Shown in pieces: positions 36,557-48,500 of a stretch of DNA of 64,000 bases. Both the position numbers and the translations under genes were made by a program. The DNA is from Macrostomum lignano. Lineage: Eukaryota. The notes beneath the pieces are model-generated. The model was not told where the DNA came from. It did not search any database and was given only the letters and a program-made list of their open reading frames with translations. The DNA lies in assembly GCA_002269645.1 (NCBI GenBank), contig NIVC01003661.1:20440-84439 (forward strand), written 5' to 3'. Positions within the stretch are counted from its first letter, which is position 1. Every line of letters begins with the position of its first letter.

Positions 36557-39500
36557 TCAGGACTCCGCTGTGAGCTCTGATTCGTGCGGCAGGCCCTGGG
36601 CAAGATAAACAGGTGCTGAATGAATGCGCGAGCCAAATTAACTGTGCGATGATGATGCAACCGTGACAGAAAATAAAAGTGCAAATGCTGGTCGGCTCCA
36701 GTGCAGGATGCACCTCTAATACGCAGGAACTCAAGTATCTGTATTCTAACTGCCTAATCGGGTAATTTGTGAGCTCGGTATTCGACAGTAAAACAAGCTT
36801 TTAATTCTTGTAAAACGAACCAAAAACTTTCCAAGTGACGTGCTGTGAAAAATAAGAAAACAGCTAAGGGATGCTACTTTAAGTAGGCGATTCTCGGGCA
36901 TTCAACGCTTTATCTGGCTGAAATTACAAATATTTATGATATGCAATGATGTAGATAATGAGGATGGATCGAAGTGCTGAGAGGAGATGCATAAACCAAA
37001 AAAACTTGACTCACCAGGGTGCTTTCCAGATTCACGAGCCTGGATGAGGCACTTGACAGGTCCTTCTCGCGCGACATTAGCTCGGCTTTGAGAGTTCGAA
37101 TCTCGTAGTCTTTTCGCTTGATTTTCTCTCGGATCGCCCGCTTCTTGGCCTCCTCCTGGGTGACCGCAGTGTGAGCAGGGATTGGTCACTCACTCACTCA
37201 CTCACTCACTCACTCACTCACTCACTCACTCACTCACTCACTCACTCACTCACTCACTCACTCACTCACTCACTCACTCACTCACTCACTCACTCACTCA
37301 CTCACTCACTCACTCACTCACTCACTCACTCACTCACTCACTCACTCACTCACTCACTCACTCACTCACTCACTCACTCACTCACTCACTCACTCACTCA
37401 CTCACTCACTCACTCACTCACTCACTCACTCACTCACTCACTCACTCACTCACTCACTCACTCACTCACTCACTCAGCCAGCCAAAACTCACCTTGGCAT
37501 GCACATCCTCAGGCGGGCAGTGGGCGCCCCCGCTGGCGCCGGCCCCCAGGCTGCCCCTGGCCGTGGTGGCTGCCAGGTTCTGCCCGGAGTGCAGCGCCTT
37601 CTTCTGCTTGATGGCCGTGTTGAGTCGCTTCTCCTGGTTGAGCACGTCCTTTGTCCGGCTGAGGCTCTCGCGCAGCAGGTCGACCTCTTCGCCGCGAGAT
37701 CGCAGGTCCTGGGCCAGGCTGTCCACCTGGTTGAATGGGTAATATGTTAATTTCGGTACATATCGGTAGTGCATACCCTACCGATGCATACACAATGCAT
37801 ACACTAGACTAATATAGTTAATTTAGTGCTAAAACTTTAAAAATCAAATCTCATCCAAGCTCCATCAAATCTCATCCAAGCTCCATCAAATCTCATCCAA
37901 GCTCCATCAAATCTCATCCAAGCTCCAATAAAAATTCATTCAAGCTCCATCAAATCTCATTCAAGCTCCATTAAATCTCATTCAAGCTCCATCAAATCTC
38001 ATTCAAGCTCCATCATATCTCATTCAAGCTCTATAAAATCCCATTCAAGATCTATCTCAAATCTCATTCAAGCTCCATCAAATTTCATCCAAGCTCCATC
38101 AAATCTCATTCAAGCTCCATTAAATCTCATTCAAGCTCTATAAAATCCCATTCAAGATCTATCTCAAATCTCATTCAAGCTCCATCAAATCTCATCCAAG
38201 CTCCATCAAATCTCATCCAAGCTTCATCAAATCTCATTCAAGCTCTATAAAATCCCATTCAAGATCTATCTCAAATCTCATTCAAGCTCCATCAAATCTC
38301 ATCCAAGCTCCATCAAATCTCATCCAAGCTCCATCAAATCTCATCCAAGCTCCATCAAATCTCATCCAAGCTTCATCAAATCTCATTCAAGCTCTATAAA
38401 ATCCCATTCAAGATCTATCTCAAATCTCATTCAAGCTCCATCAAATCTCATCCAAGCTCCATCAAATCTCATCCAAGCTCCATCAAATCTCATCCAAGCT
38501 CCATCAAACCTCATCCAAGCTCCATCAAATCTCATTCAAGCTTCATCAAATCTCATTCAAGCTCTATAAAATCCCATTCAAGATCTATCTCAAATCTCAT
38601 TCAAGCTCCATCAAATCTCATCCAAGCTCCATCAAATCTCATCCAAGCTCCATCAAATCTCATCCAAGCTCCATCAAATCTCATCCAAGCTTCATCAAAT
38701 CTCATTCAAGCTCTATAAAATCCCATTCAAGATCTATCTCAAATCTCATTCAAGCTCCATCAAATCTCATCCAAGCTCCATCAAATCTCATCCAAGCTCC
38801 ATCAAATCTCATCCAAGCTCCATCAAACCTCATCCAAGCTCTATCAAATCTCATTCAAGCTCTATAAAATCCCATTCAAGATCTATCTCAAATCTCATTC
38901 AAGCTCCATCAAATCTCATCCAAGCTCTATAAAATCCCATTCAAGATCTATCTCAAATCTCATTCAAGCTCCATCAAATCTCATCCAAGCTCCATCAAAT
39001 CTCATCCAAGCTCCATCAAATCTCATTCAAGCTCCATCAAATCTCATCCAAGCTCCATCAAATCTCATCCAAGCTCCATCAAATCTCATTCAAGCTCCAT
39101 CAAATCTCATCCAAGCTCCATCAAATCTCATCCAAGCTCCATCAAATCTCATCCAAGCTCCATCAAATCTCATCCAAGCTCCATCAAATCTCATCCAAGC
39201 TCCATCAAATCTCATTCAAGCTCTATAAAATCCCATTCAAGATCTATCTCAAATCTCATTTATCTATCAAATTCTCTTACTCTTTCTCCACCTCACTCTA
39301 GCGGAACGGGTGTTAACACCTTCCTTCTGTATTCGGATGCCCGGAGCCCCCTGCAACGCCCCCCTCACTCCCTTACCCACCCCATTCCCTCACTCACCCC
39401 ATTCCCTCACCCACCCCACTCCATCAACCACCTCACTTCCTCATCAAATACATCGGTAGTGAGACTTGGCATCAGCAAGGGCTTTGCCGCATGGATTAAG

Positions 39501-42500
39501 TAAACTGAAGCCTGGAACTGCACCTGGATGGTAACTACACTACCAGTGCCGAAGGTTCGCTAAATCTTCTTTTCTCCACCTGCTTTCCGCAGGTTGACGA
39601 ACCGGAGTACGTGGTCGATGACCACAGGCCTTGTGATCACAAGCTTTTCCAGCAGTGCGCCACCCCCCAGCTACTCCAGCTGGCAGCAAATTCTTTTAAA
39701 CCGTATAAATCGTCTGGCCCTGACAATATCGCCCCCTGTATCCTGCAGGAGGCGCTAAAGCTGCAAAACTTTGCTGATTCTTTCTCTAAATTGCTTGTTG
39801 ACTGTTATACCACAGGTTACATTCCCACAATCTGGAGAATGTCCAGAGTCGTGTTCATCCCGAAACCTGCTAAGGGTGACTACACCAACGTGAAATCCTT
39901 CCGGCCCATCAGCCTCACTTCCTTTTGTGTTAAGCTGATGGAGAGGCTCATCCTGTGGAGGCTTCGAGAGTGCGACCTGCGCTCCGACCCTGTCAGTAAG
40001 TACCAGTACGCCTTCCAGCCTGGGAGGACGACTGAGCATGCTCTCCACGCCATTACCTCCAAAATTGAGAGTGCCATCCTTAGCAAACAACTCGCTTGCG
40101 GGTTGTTCGTTGACTTCGAAGGAGCATTTGACAATGTCCTCTTCCGCTCCTTCAGAAATTCTCTTTCCCGCAGGAATGTTAGACACAGCATTGTTCGCTG
40201 GATTTATTTTATGATCCGCAAAAGGTTTGTGACATCCACACTTATGGGCGTTACCCTCACCCGGGCGGTGATGAAAGGCGGCCCGCAAGGTGGCGTGCTA
40301 ACTCCACTTCTCTGGAATCTCGTCATGGACGAACTTCTAACCGCTGACATTCCCAGCAGTATCACCAGGGCGGGCTACGCCGATGACGTTGCCGCGGTCG
40401 TCAGCGGACCCGACCCCGCCACTCTGCGCAACCTGATGCAGCAATTCGCCGACAAGGCGGCCGACTGGGCTACACAGCATGGCCTAAAAATCAGCGTCAC
40501 TAAGACTGTCGCTGTCGTTTTCACCAAGCGCCGTAAGTGGGAGATGAAAAACCTCACTGTCTATGGCAGAAACATCCCCTTCAAGAAGGAGGTCAAATAC
40601 CTCGGTGTGACGCTAACGCATGACCTGCGCTGGACGAAGCACCTTGATAACGTCATCGGTCGGGCAAAACGCTGCTTTGCCCAGCTGCGCAGAGCCATCG
40701 GGCCGACTTGGGGCCTCTCGCCTAGAACGGTCCGTTGGATTTATACCGGCATCATCCGGCCCAGTATCACATACGCGAGTCTCATCTGGACTAGCGTGCT
40801 GGAGCAGAAGGCCGCCCGTCAGCGGCTGTACCAGCTTCAGGGCAGCATTTGCCGTGCCATCACAGGTGCGTACCCGTCCACCCCTTACGAGGGGCTGAAC
40901 ACTATCCTTAACCTACCTCCGCTTCACCTATTTATTAGGGCGGAGGCTATGAAGTCTGCCTCCCGGCTTATCAGAGATAAAACGTTAAATAACGCGCCCT
41001 CTGGCTTTATGCCAATGAAAACATTAATCCCGCATATGGACTTTGTCCGCCGCGACCTTAACAACATCCACATGGACCTGGGCAATGTGGATAGTCGACC
41101 TCCCGCCCTCAACATCAGGAGGGGCTTCAAGACCGCCATCCCTGGCCGAGACAACATTCCGCTGGATGTCGGTGTGAACCGGCGCAGCCAGGGCATTCAC
41201 TGCTTCACCGACGGCTCGCTGTTCAACGGCCGCGCTGGAGCGGGTATTGCCATTTTCCACGAGGGTAAGATGCTTCTCCAGGAAAGTCTGCACCTCGGTG
41301 AGAACACCTCAGTTTTCCAAGCTGAAATTTGCGCCATTGAGCAGTGTGCCCAGCAACTGTTTCAGGCGAACATTAATAATTTTGACATTAATTTCTACAC
41401 TGATAGCCAAGCTGCTATTAAGGCCTTAACCACTGAGAATATCTCCGCTGCTACAGTATCTCAATGCCACCGCAGTGTGCAATCTCTCTCAGTCCTTAAC
41501 AGGATTAGAATTATCTGGACACCTGGTCACAGCAACATCCTGGGCAACGAGCTCGCGGACTCTCTCGCCAAGGAGGGCAGCAACCCAGACGGCAACCACC
41601 GTCTGATGAGGCTACCCACCCCCAGGTCGCAAGTCACCCGCCATATCAACAGGTGGCTCCATCAGCAGCACCAGCTCCACTGGAACAGCTGCACCGAGTA
41701 CAGGCAGAGCCGCTCTGCCATGCCTAACCTGAACAGGAAAGTCTCTGATTATCTGATTTCGCTTAACAGAACCGACCTCAGGGAGATGTGCATGGTCCTA
41801 ACCGGCCACGGATTCTTCCAGAGACATATATCGTTGCAAACCGGTTGCCCTCCCACCTGTCCCTTCTGTGGCATAGGAGAGGAGACCGCGGAGCATCACG
41901 TCACCTTCTGCCCTTACTTCAACAAGGCGCGGCACAAATACCTCGGCCACCCCAGCGGATGGACGAGCTGACCACCGCGGACAATATCCGAGACCTCCGC
42001 GCCTTCGTCCGGGACTCCGGCCGGATGAGGGTCGCCGATGCCTCCACTGCGGACCTGCCGACTACTGGCGGGGACTGGGCGCACCCCCAAGGCTAATCCT
42101 TGTGCTCTTTTACCTTGGGGTTGCGATAGGGGCCTCGCGGCCTATTCGCGGCGCCTGCGCCCCCCGTCAGTAGTAAGTAAGTAAGTAAACTGAAGCCAAC
42201 CAATCACTAGGCTAATATAATGAGTTTAGTGCTGAAGCTCAGAAAACTCCCTGACTCGCCGGTGCATTTTCGCTGACAAACCGGCTTTCCAGCGAGATTC
42301 GCTCACCTGATGGCTCCTCTTGCCCGCCAGCTCCTCGGCCTGCCGCAGCTTGGCCAGGTCCCTCTCGTATCCCTGCAGGAGGTCCTCCTTGCGGCCCAGG
42401 CGCTCCTTGAACAGCCGCACCCGCTGGGTCAGCAGGCTGGCCGCCTCCTCCCGCTCCCGGGCCAGGCGGTCGCGCTCGTCACGGGGCAGGTGGGCCATCG

Positions 42501-45500
42501 AGCGGAGGCCCTGGGCGATGGCGAGGAGTGAACGGAATGAGTGAACTAGGCAGTGACGGAATGAGTGAACTAGGCAGTGACATAATGGATGAACTAGGCA
42601 GTGATAGAATGAGTGAACTAGGCAGTGACAGAATGAGTGAACTAGGCAGTGACGGAGTGAGTGAACTAGGCAGTGACAGAATGAGTGAACTAGGCAGTGA
42701 TGGAATGAGTGAACTAGGCAGTGACGGAATGAGTGAACTAGGCAGTGATGGAATGAGTGAACTAGGCAGTGATGGAATGAGTGAACTAGGCAGTGACGGA
42801 ATGAGTGAACTAGGCAGTGATAGAATGAGTGAACTAGGCAGTGACGGAATGAGTGAACTAGGCAGTGATAGAATGAGTGAACTAGGCAGTGACGGAATGA
42901 GTGAACTAGGCAGTGACGGAATGAGTGAACTAGGCAGTGAAGGAATGAGTGAACTAGGCAGTGATGGAATAAGTGAACTAGGCAGTGACGGAATGAGTGA
43001 ACTAGGCAGTGACGGAATGGGTGAACTAGGCAGTGATGGAATGAGTGAACTAGGCAGTGACAGAATGAGTGAGCTAGTCAGTGAAGGAATGAGTGAACTA
43101 GGCAGTGACGGAATGAGTGAACTAGGCAGTGACGGAATGGGTGAACTAGGCAGTGATGGAATGAGTGAACTAGGCAGTGACAGAATGAGTGAGCTAGTCA
43201 GTGAAGGAATGAGTGAACTAGGCAGTGATGGAATGGGTGAAATGTCTGAAAGCCTCTCACCTGCACAGACTCGAGCTCGAGCCCGCTGGCCAGGCCCCGC
43301 AGCAGGCTGAGGTAGGTGTGCTCAGACAGTTCCAGGCAGTCGCGAGTCTCTTTGTGCGCCGCCCGTTCGGCCTCCAAATCGGCCGCCGAGGAAGCTATTC
43401 GAGCCACGCCGGAGGCTCCCAGCTGCCTGGCGTCACCGGCGGAGGCGCCCCCGATGGCCGGGCGAGTCTCCGCCATGGCCTGCTTGGCTCGGAGCTCGGC
43501 CAGCTCCTTTTTGAGCAGCGTCACCTGCTGCTGCTGGGCTGCTTGGTCTTGCGAGGCAGCCGCTGAAGAGAAATTGAGAAATTGTCCAATCGGGGTGTAC
43601 ATTGTTAAAAGTGCACATTAAATTGACTTGAGATATACTGTATCAAGGAGTTTCGCGTGACAAATTTTGCTATCAATTAAACAAAGTACACGTCACGTTG
43701 TCAGCGTCGCGTACATTGCCCAGCTAAACCCCCGCACGCCAGAGGTCGGGCAATAAAATGGGGTAGAGATCCGACTGAGACAGGGCAGATAGTGTGCAAA
43801 TGTCCTGGGCCAAATCCTCCCCCACGCGAGAGGTTGGGCAATAAAATGGGGTAGAGATCCGACTGAGGCAAGGCAGATAGTGTGCAAATGTCCTGGGCCA
43901 AATTCTCCCCCACGCGAGAGGTTGGGCAGTAAAATGGGGTAGAGATCCGACTGAGGCAAGGCAGATAGTGTGTATGGTCCTGGGCCAAATCCTCCCCCAC
44001 GCGAGAGGTTGGGCAGTAAATGGGGTAGAGATCCGACTGAGGCAGGGCAGATAGTGTGTATGGTCCTGGGCCAAATCCTCCCCCACGCGAGAGGTTGGGC
44101 AGTAAAATGGGGTAGAGATCCGACTGAGGCAAGGCAGATAGTGTGTATGGTCCTGGGCCAAATCCTCCCCACGCGAGAGGTTGGGCAGTAAATGGGGTAG
44201 AGATCCGACTGAGGCAGGGCAGATAGTGTGAATTGTCTTTGGTCAAATCCTCCCCTCAATCAAGAGGTTGGGCAATAAAATGAGGTAGAGATGCGACTGA
44301 GGCAGGGCAGATAGTGTGAATTGTCTTTGGTCAAATCCTCCCCTCAATCAAGAGGTTGGGCAATAAAATGGGGTAGAGATGCGACTGAGACCAAGGCAGG
44401 TAGTGTGCATTGTCCTGGGCCAAATCCTCCCTCAGTCGAGAGGTTGGGCAATGAAATTGGGTAGGGAAGTAGGTTCTGATTCTGAGAAAAAAAATTGTGA
44501 ACTTCTAATAGAAGTGCACTAACAGAGGAAATACTGAGTAGGCTAGAGAGGAATAAGGAAACTGAACTCGCTCACCAGACGGCCGAGTCCGCTCCAGCTC
44601 TTTCAGCCGCTTTCGCAGCTCGCTGAGCGCCTCCTTCTGGTGAGCGATGACCTCGGCGTGGCGCTCGCCGCGGCACTGGTGACCCAGCGAGGACATCTCG
44701 GCAGCGATTCGCTCCTCCTCACAGGTGCGCGCCGCAGCCTCATCGGCCCGGCAACGCTCGGCTTCTAGACGGGCCTCGAGGTCCTTGGAGCCGACCTCGG
44801 TGCGATCCAGGGCCGACTGCATGCGGCCTAGGGCGGACCGGTGCTTCTCCTGCTGGGCTCGAGCTTCGGCCAGCTGAGCAGCCTGGGAGCGGATAGAGTG
44901 GATTGCTAGCCTAGCCAAATAGAGTGGATTGCTAGCCTAGCCAATAGAGTGGACTGCTAGCCTAGCCAAATAGAGTGGATTGCTAGCCTAGCCAATAGAG
45001 TGGATTGCTAGCCTAGCCAATAGAGTGGATTGCTAGCCTAGCCAATAGAGTGGATTGCTAGCCTAGCCAATAGAGTGGATTGCTAGCCTAGCCAATAGAG
45101 TGGATTGCTAGCCTAGCCAATAGAGTGGATTGCTAGCCTAGCCAATAGAGTGGATTGCTAGCCTAGCCAATAGAGTGGATTGCTAGCCTAGTTAATAGAG
45201 TGGATTGCTAGCCTGGCCAATAGAGTGGATTGCTAGCCTAGCCAATAGAGTGGATTGCTAGCCTAGTTAATAGAGTGGATTGCTAGCCTGGCCAATAGAG
45301 TGGATTGCTAGCCTAGCCAATAGAGTGGATTGCTAGCCTAGCCAATAGAGTGGATTGCTAGCCTGGCCAATAGAGTGGATTGCTAGCCTAGCCAAATAGA
45401 GTGGATTGCTAGCCTAGTTAATAGAGTGGATTGCTAGCCTGGCCAATAGAGTGGATTGCTAGCCTAGCCAATAGAGTGGATTGCTAGCCTAGCCAATAGA

Positions 45501-48500
45501 GTGGATTGCTAGCCTAGCCAATAGAGTGGATTGCTAGCCTAGTTAATAGAGTGGATTGCTAGCCTGGCCAATAGAGTGGATTGCTAGCCTAGCCAAATAG
45601 AGTGGATTGCTAGCCTAGCCAATAGAGTGGATTGCTAGCCTAGCCAATATGGTATATTGCTAGCCTCACCTGATTCTCAGCCACCTCAGTCAGCTTTGCC
45701 AGTTTTTCCTTCTTTTCGGCCAGCTCCGCCTCCACCTCCCGCAGGCGGTGCTTCGAGCCCTCGAGCTCCTCCTTCTGCTGATCTGTCAGCTCGCCGCGGA
45801 TGTCTGACAGCCGGGCTGACATCCCCTGCAGGTCGCGGCGCAGGCTCTCCATCTCCTGTCGTTGGCTCTGCACCGTCTCCTTCAGGTTGGAGTTCTCCTG
45901 CCGCAGCCCGACCACGGTGCGCTCCATCACTGCCAGCTCCGCTGTCGGCCGTTGCACAATCACCTTCGGCGTGGTGGCCGCCTCTCGGCGTCTGGCCGAG
46001 GCGGCCTCCTGCTGGCCTCGCAGCTCGCTGGCTTCCTGGCGGGCCTGGTTGAGCTCCTCCTGCAGCTGCTTGTTCTGCTTCACCACCTGGGCAGCGGGTG
46101 CGGGTTCGGGTCTTGCCACTGTGTGCTTCAGGTATGCTCGACCCACCTGAGATGCTCGACCCACCTGAGATGCTCGACCCACCTGAGATGCTCAACCCAC
46201 TTGAGATGCTTGACACACTTGAGATACTTGACCCACTTGAGATACTTGACCCACTTAAGATGCTTGACCCACTTGAGAAGCTTTTCCCCATATGAGATGC
46301 TTGACCCACTTGAGAAGCTTTTCCCCATCTGAGATGCTTGACCCACTTGAGAAGCTCGACCCACCTGAGATGCTTGACCCACTTGAAAAGCTTTTCCCCA
46401 TCTGAGATGCTTGATCCACTTGAGATGCTCGACCCACCTGAGATGCTTGACCAACTTGAGATGCTCGACCCACCTGAGATGCTTGACCCACTTGAGATGC
46501 TCGACCCACCTGAGATGCTTGACCCACTTGAGATGCTTGACCCACTTGAAAAGCTTTTCCCCATCTGAGATGCTTGATCCACTTGAGATGCTCGACCCAC
46601 CTGAGATGCTTGACTCACTTGAGAAGCTTTTCCCCATCTGAGATGCTTGACCTACTTGAGAAGCTTTTCCCCATCTGAGATGCTTGATCCACTTAAGATG
46701 CTCGACCCACTTGAGATGCTCGACCCACCTGAGATGATTGACCCATCTGAGATGCTTGACCCACTTGAGGTGCTCGACCCACTTGAGATACTTGACCCAC
46801 TTGAGATGCTGAACCCACTGACCCAAAGGCTTCCAGTGCACCGTCGTCACTCCCTGACTCGCACAGAGCAGCATCCCAGAAGAAGTGAAGAAGTTCTCAC
46901 CTTGGTCAGGCGCTCCTCCATATGGCAGATGGTGACGCTGTGCTGCTTCACCTGGTCCTTGAAGCCCTGTGCCTCCTTCTCGTGCCGCGCCTCCGCCGCC
47001 CTTACCAGCTCCTCCGCGCTGGCCAGAGCCTCCTCCTTCTCGACCATCAGCCTGGCGACGTCGCGACGCAGCTCGGCCTCGGTGGCCTCCTTCTCCGACA
47101 GGCGCTCCACCGCCGACTGCGCTTCGCTCAGATCATCGGCGCGCTCAGCCTCGCGCTCCTCAAGGGCGCGTTGCAGCGCAGCCAGACGGCCCTGCAGCTC
47201 CGCGATGGTGCCGCGCTCGTGAGCCACCGCCGCCTCGCGCCGCTCCGTCTCCGTTGCCACCACGTCGTCGATGACTCGCTGCTGCTCCCTGGCAGCCTCG
47301 GCCGCCGCCTTCTCCAGCGCCTCGGCCACGCGGGCTTCGGTCTCGCCAGCCAGCCGGGCCTCCAAGCTTTCGCGGTCAGCGGCCGCCTGCGACTCCAGCT
47401 CGGCGATGCGAGACCGGAGCCGCTCCCGCTCGTTCAAGGCGTCCTGCCAGCGCGAGTACAGCTGGGTCACGTGATGCGCCGGGGCTGCGGAATCCGCGGT
47501 TTGGGAAAAACAGTGCGAGTTGCTTCCACGCTAAACTGGAGCAGGCCAGGTGGGGTGGCTGTTTGAAGCCAAGTGTGCTCAACAGGATTGGCGCTGCAGC
47601 ACTCGAAATTTAACTTCGAGTTTGGTTGTCAGCAAAAAAATTAATGACGCTTTAGTGATCCGAAAATCAAAATCTGCTTTCATTTTTTCTCTCCCCTCCC
47701 CTCACCTCTCCTCTCCTCTCCTCTCCTCTCCTCTCCTCTCCTCTCCTCTCCTCTCCTCTCCTCTCCTCTCCACTCCTCACCTCTCCTCTCCTCTCCTCTC
47801 CTCTCCTCTCCTCTTCTCTCCTCTCCACTCCTCACCTCTCCTCTCCTCTCCTCTCCTCTCCTCTCCTCTCCACTCCTCACCTCTCCTCCCTCCCCTCACC
47901 TCTCCTCTCCTCTCCTCTCCTCTCCTCTCCTCTCCTCTCCACTCCTCACCTCTCCTCTCCTCTCATCTCCTCTCCTCTCCTCTCCTCTCCTCTCCTCTCC
48001 TCTCCTCTCCTCCCCTCACCTCTCCTCTCCTCTCCTCTCCTCTCCTCTCCTCTCCTCTCCTCTCCACTCCTCCCCTCTCCTCTCCTCTCCTCTCCTCTCC
48101 TCTCCTCTCCTCTCCTCTCCTCTCCTCTCCTCTCCTCTCCTCTCCTCTCCTCTCCTCTCCACTCCTCCTCTCCTCTCCTCTCCTCTCCTCTCCTCTCCTC
48201 TCCTCTCCTCTCCATTCCTTTCTCCTCTCCTCTCCTCTCCTCTCCTCTCCTCTCCTCTCCTCTCCTCTCCTCTCCTCTCCTCTCCTCTCCTCCTCTCCTC
48301 TCCTCTCCTCTCCTCTCCTCTCCTCTCCTCTCCTCTCCTCTCCTCTCCTCTCCATTCCTCTCCTCTCCTCTCCTCTCCTCTCCTCTCCTCTCCTCTCCTC
48401 TCCTCTCCTCTCCTTCCTCTCCTCTCCTTTCCTCTCCTCTCCTTCCTCTCCTCTCCTCTCCTCTCCTCTCCTCTCCTCTCCTCTCCTCTCTCCTCTCCTC

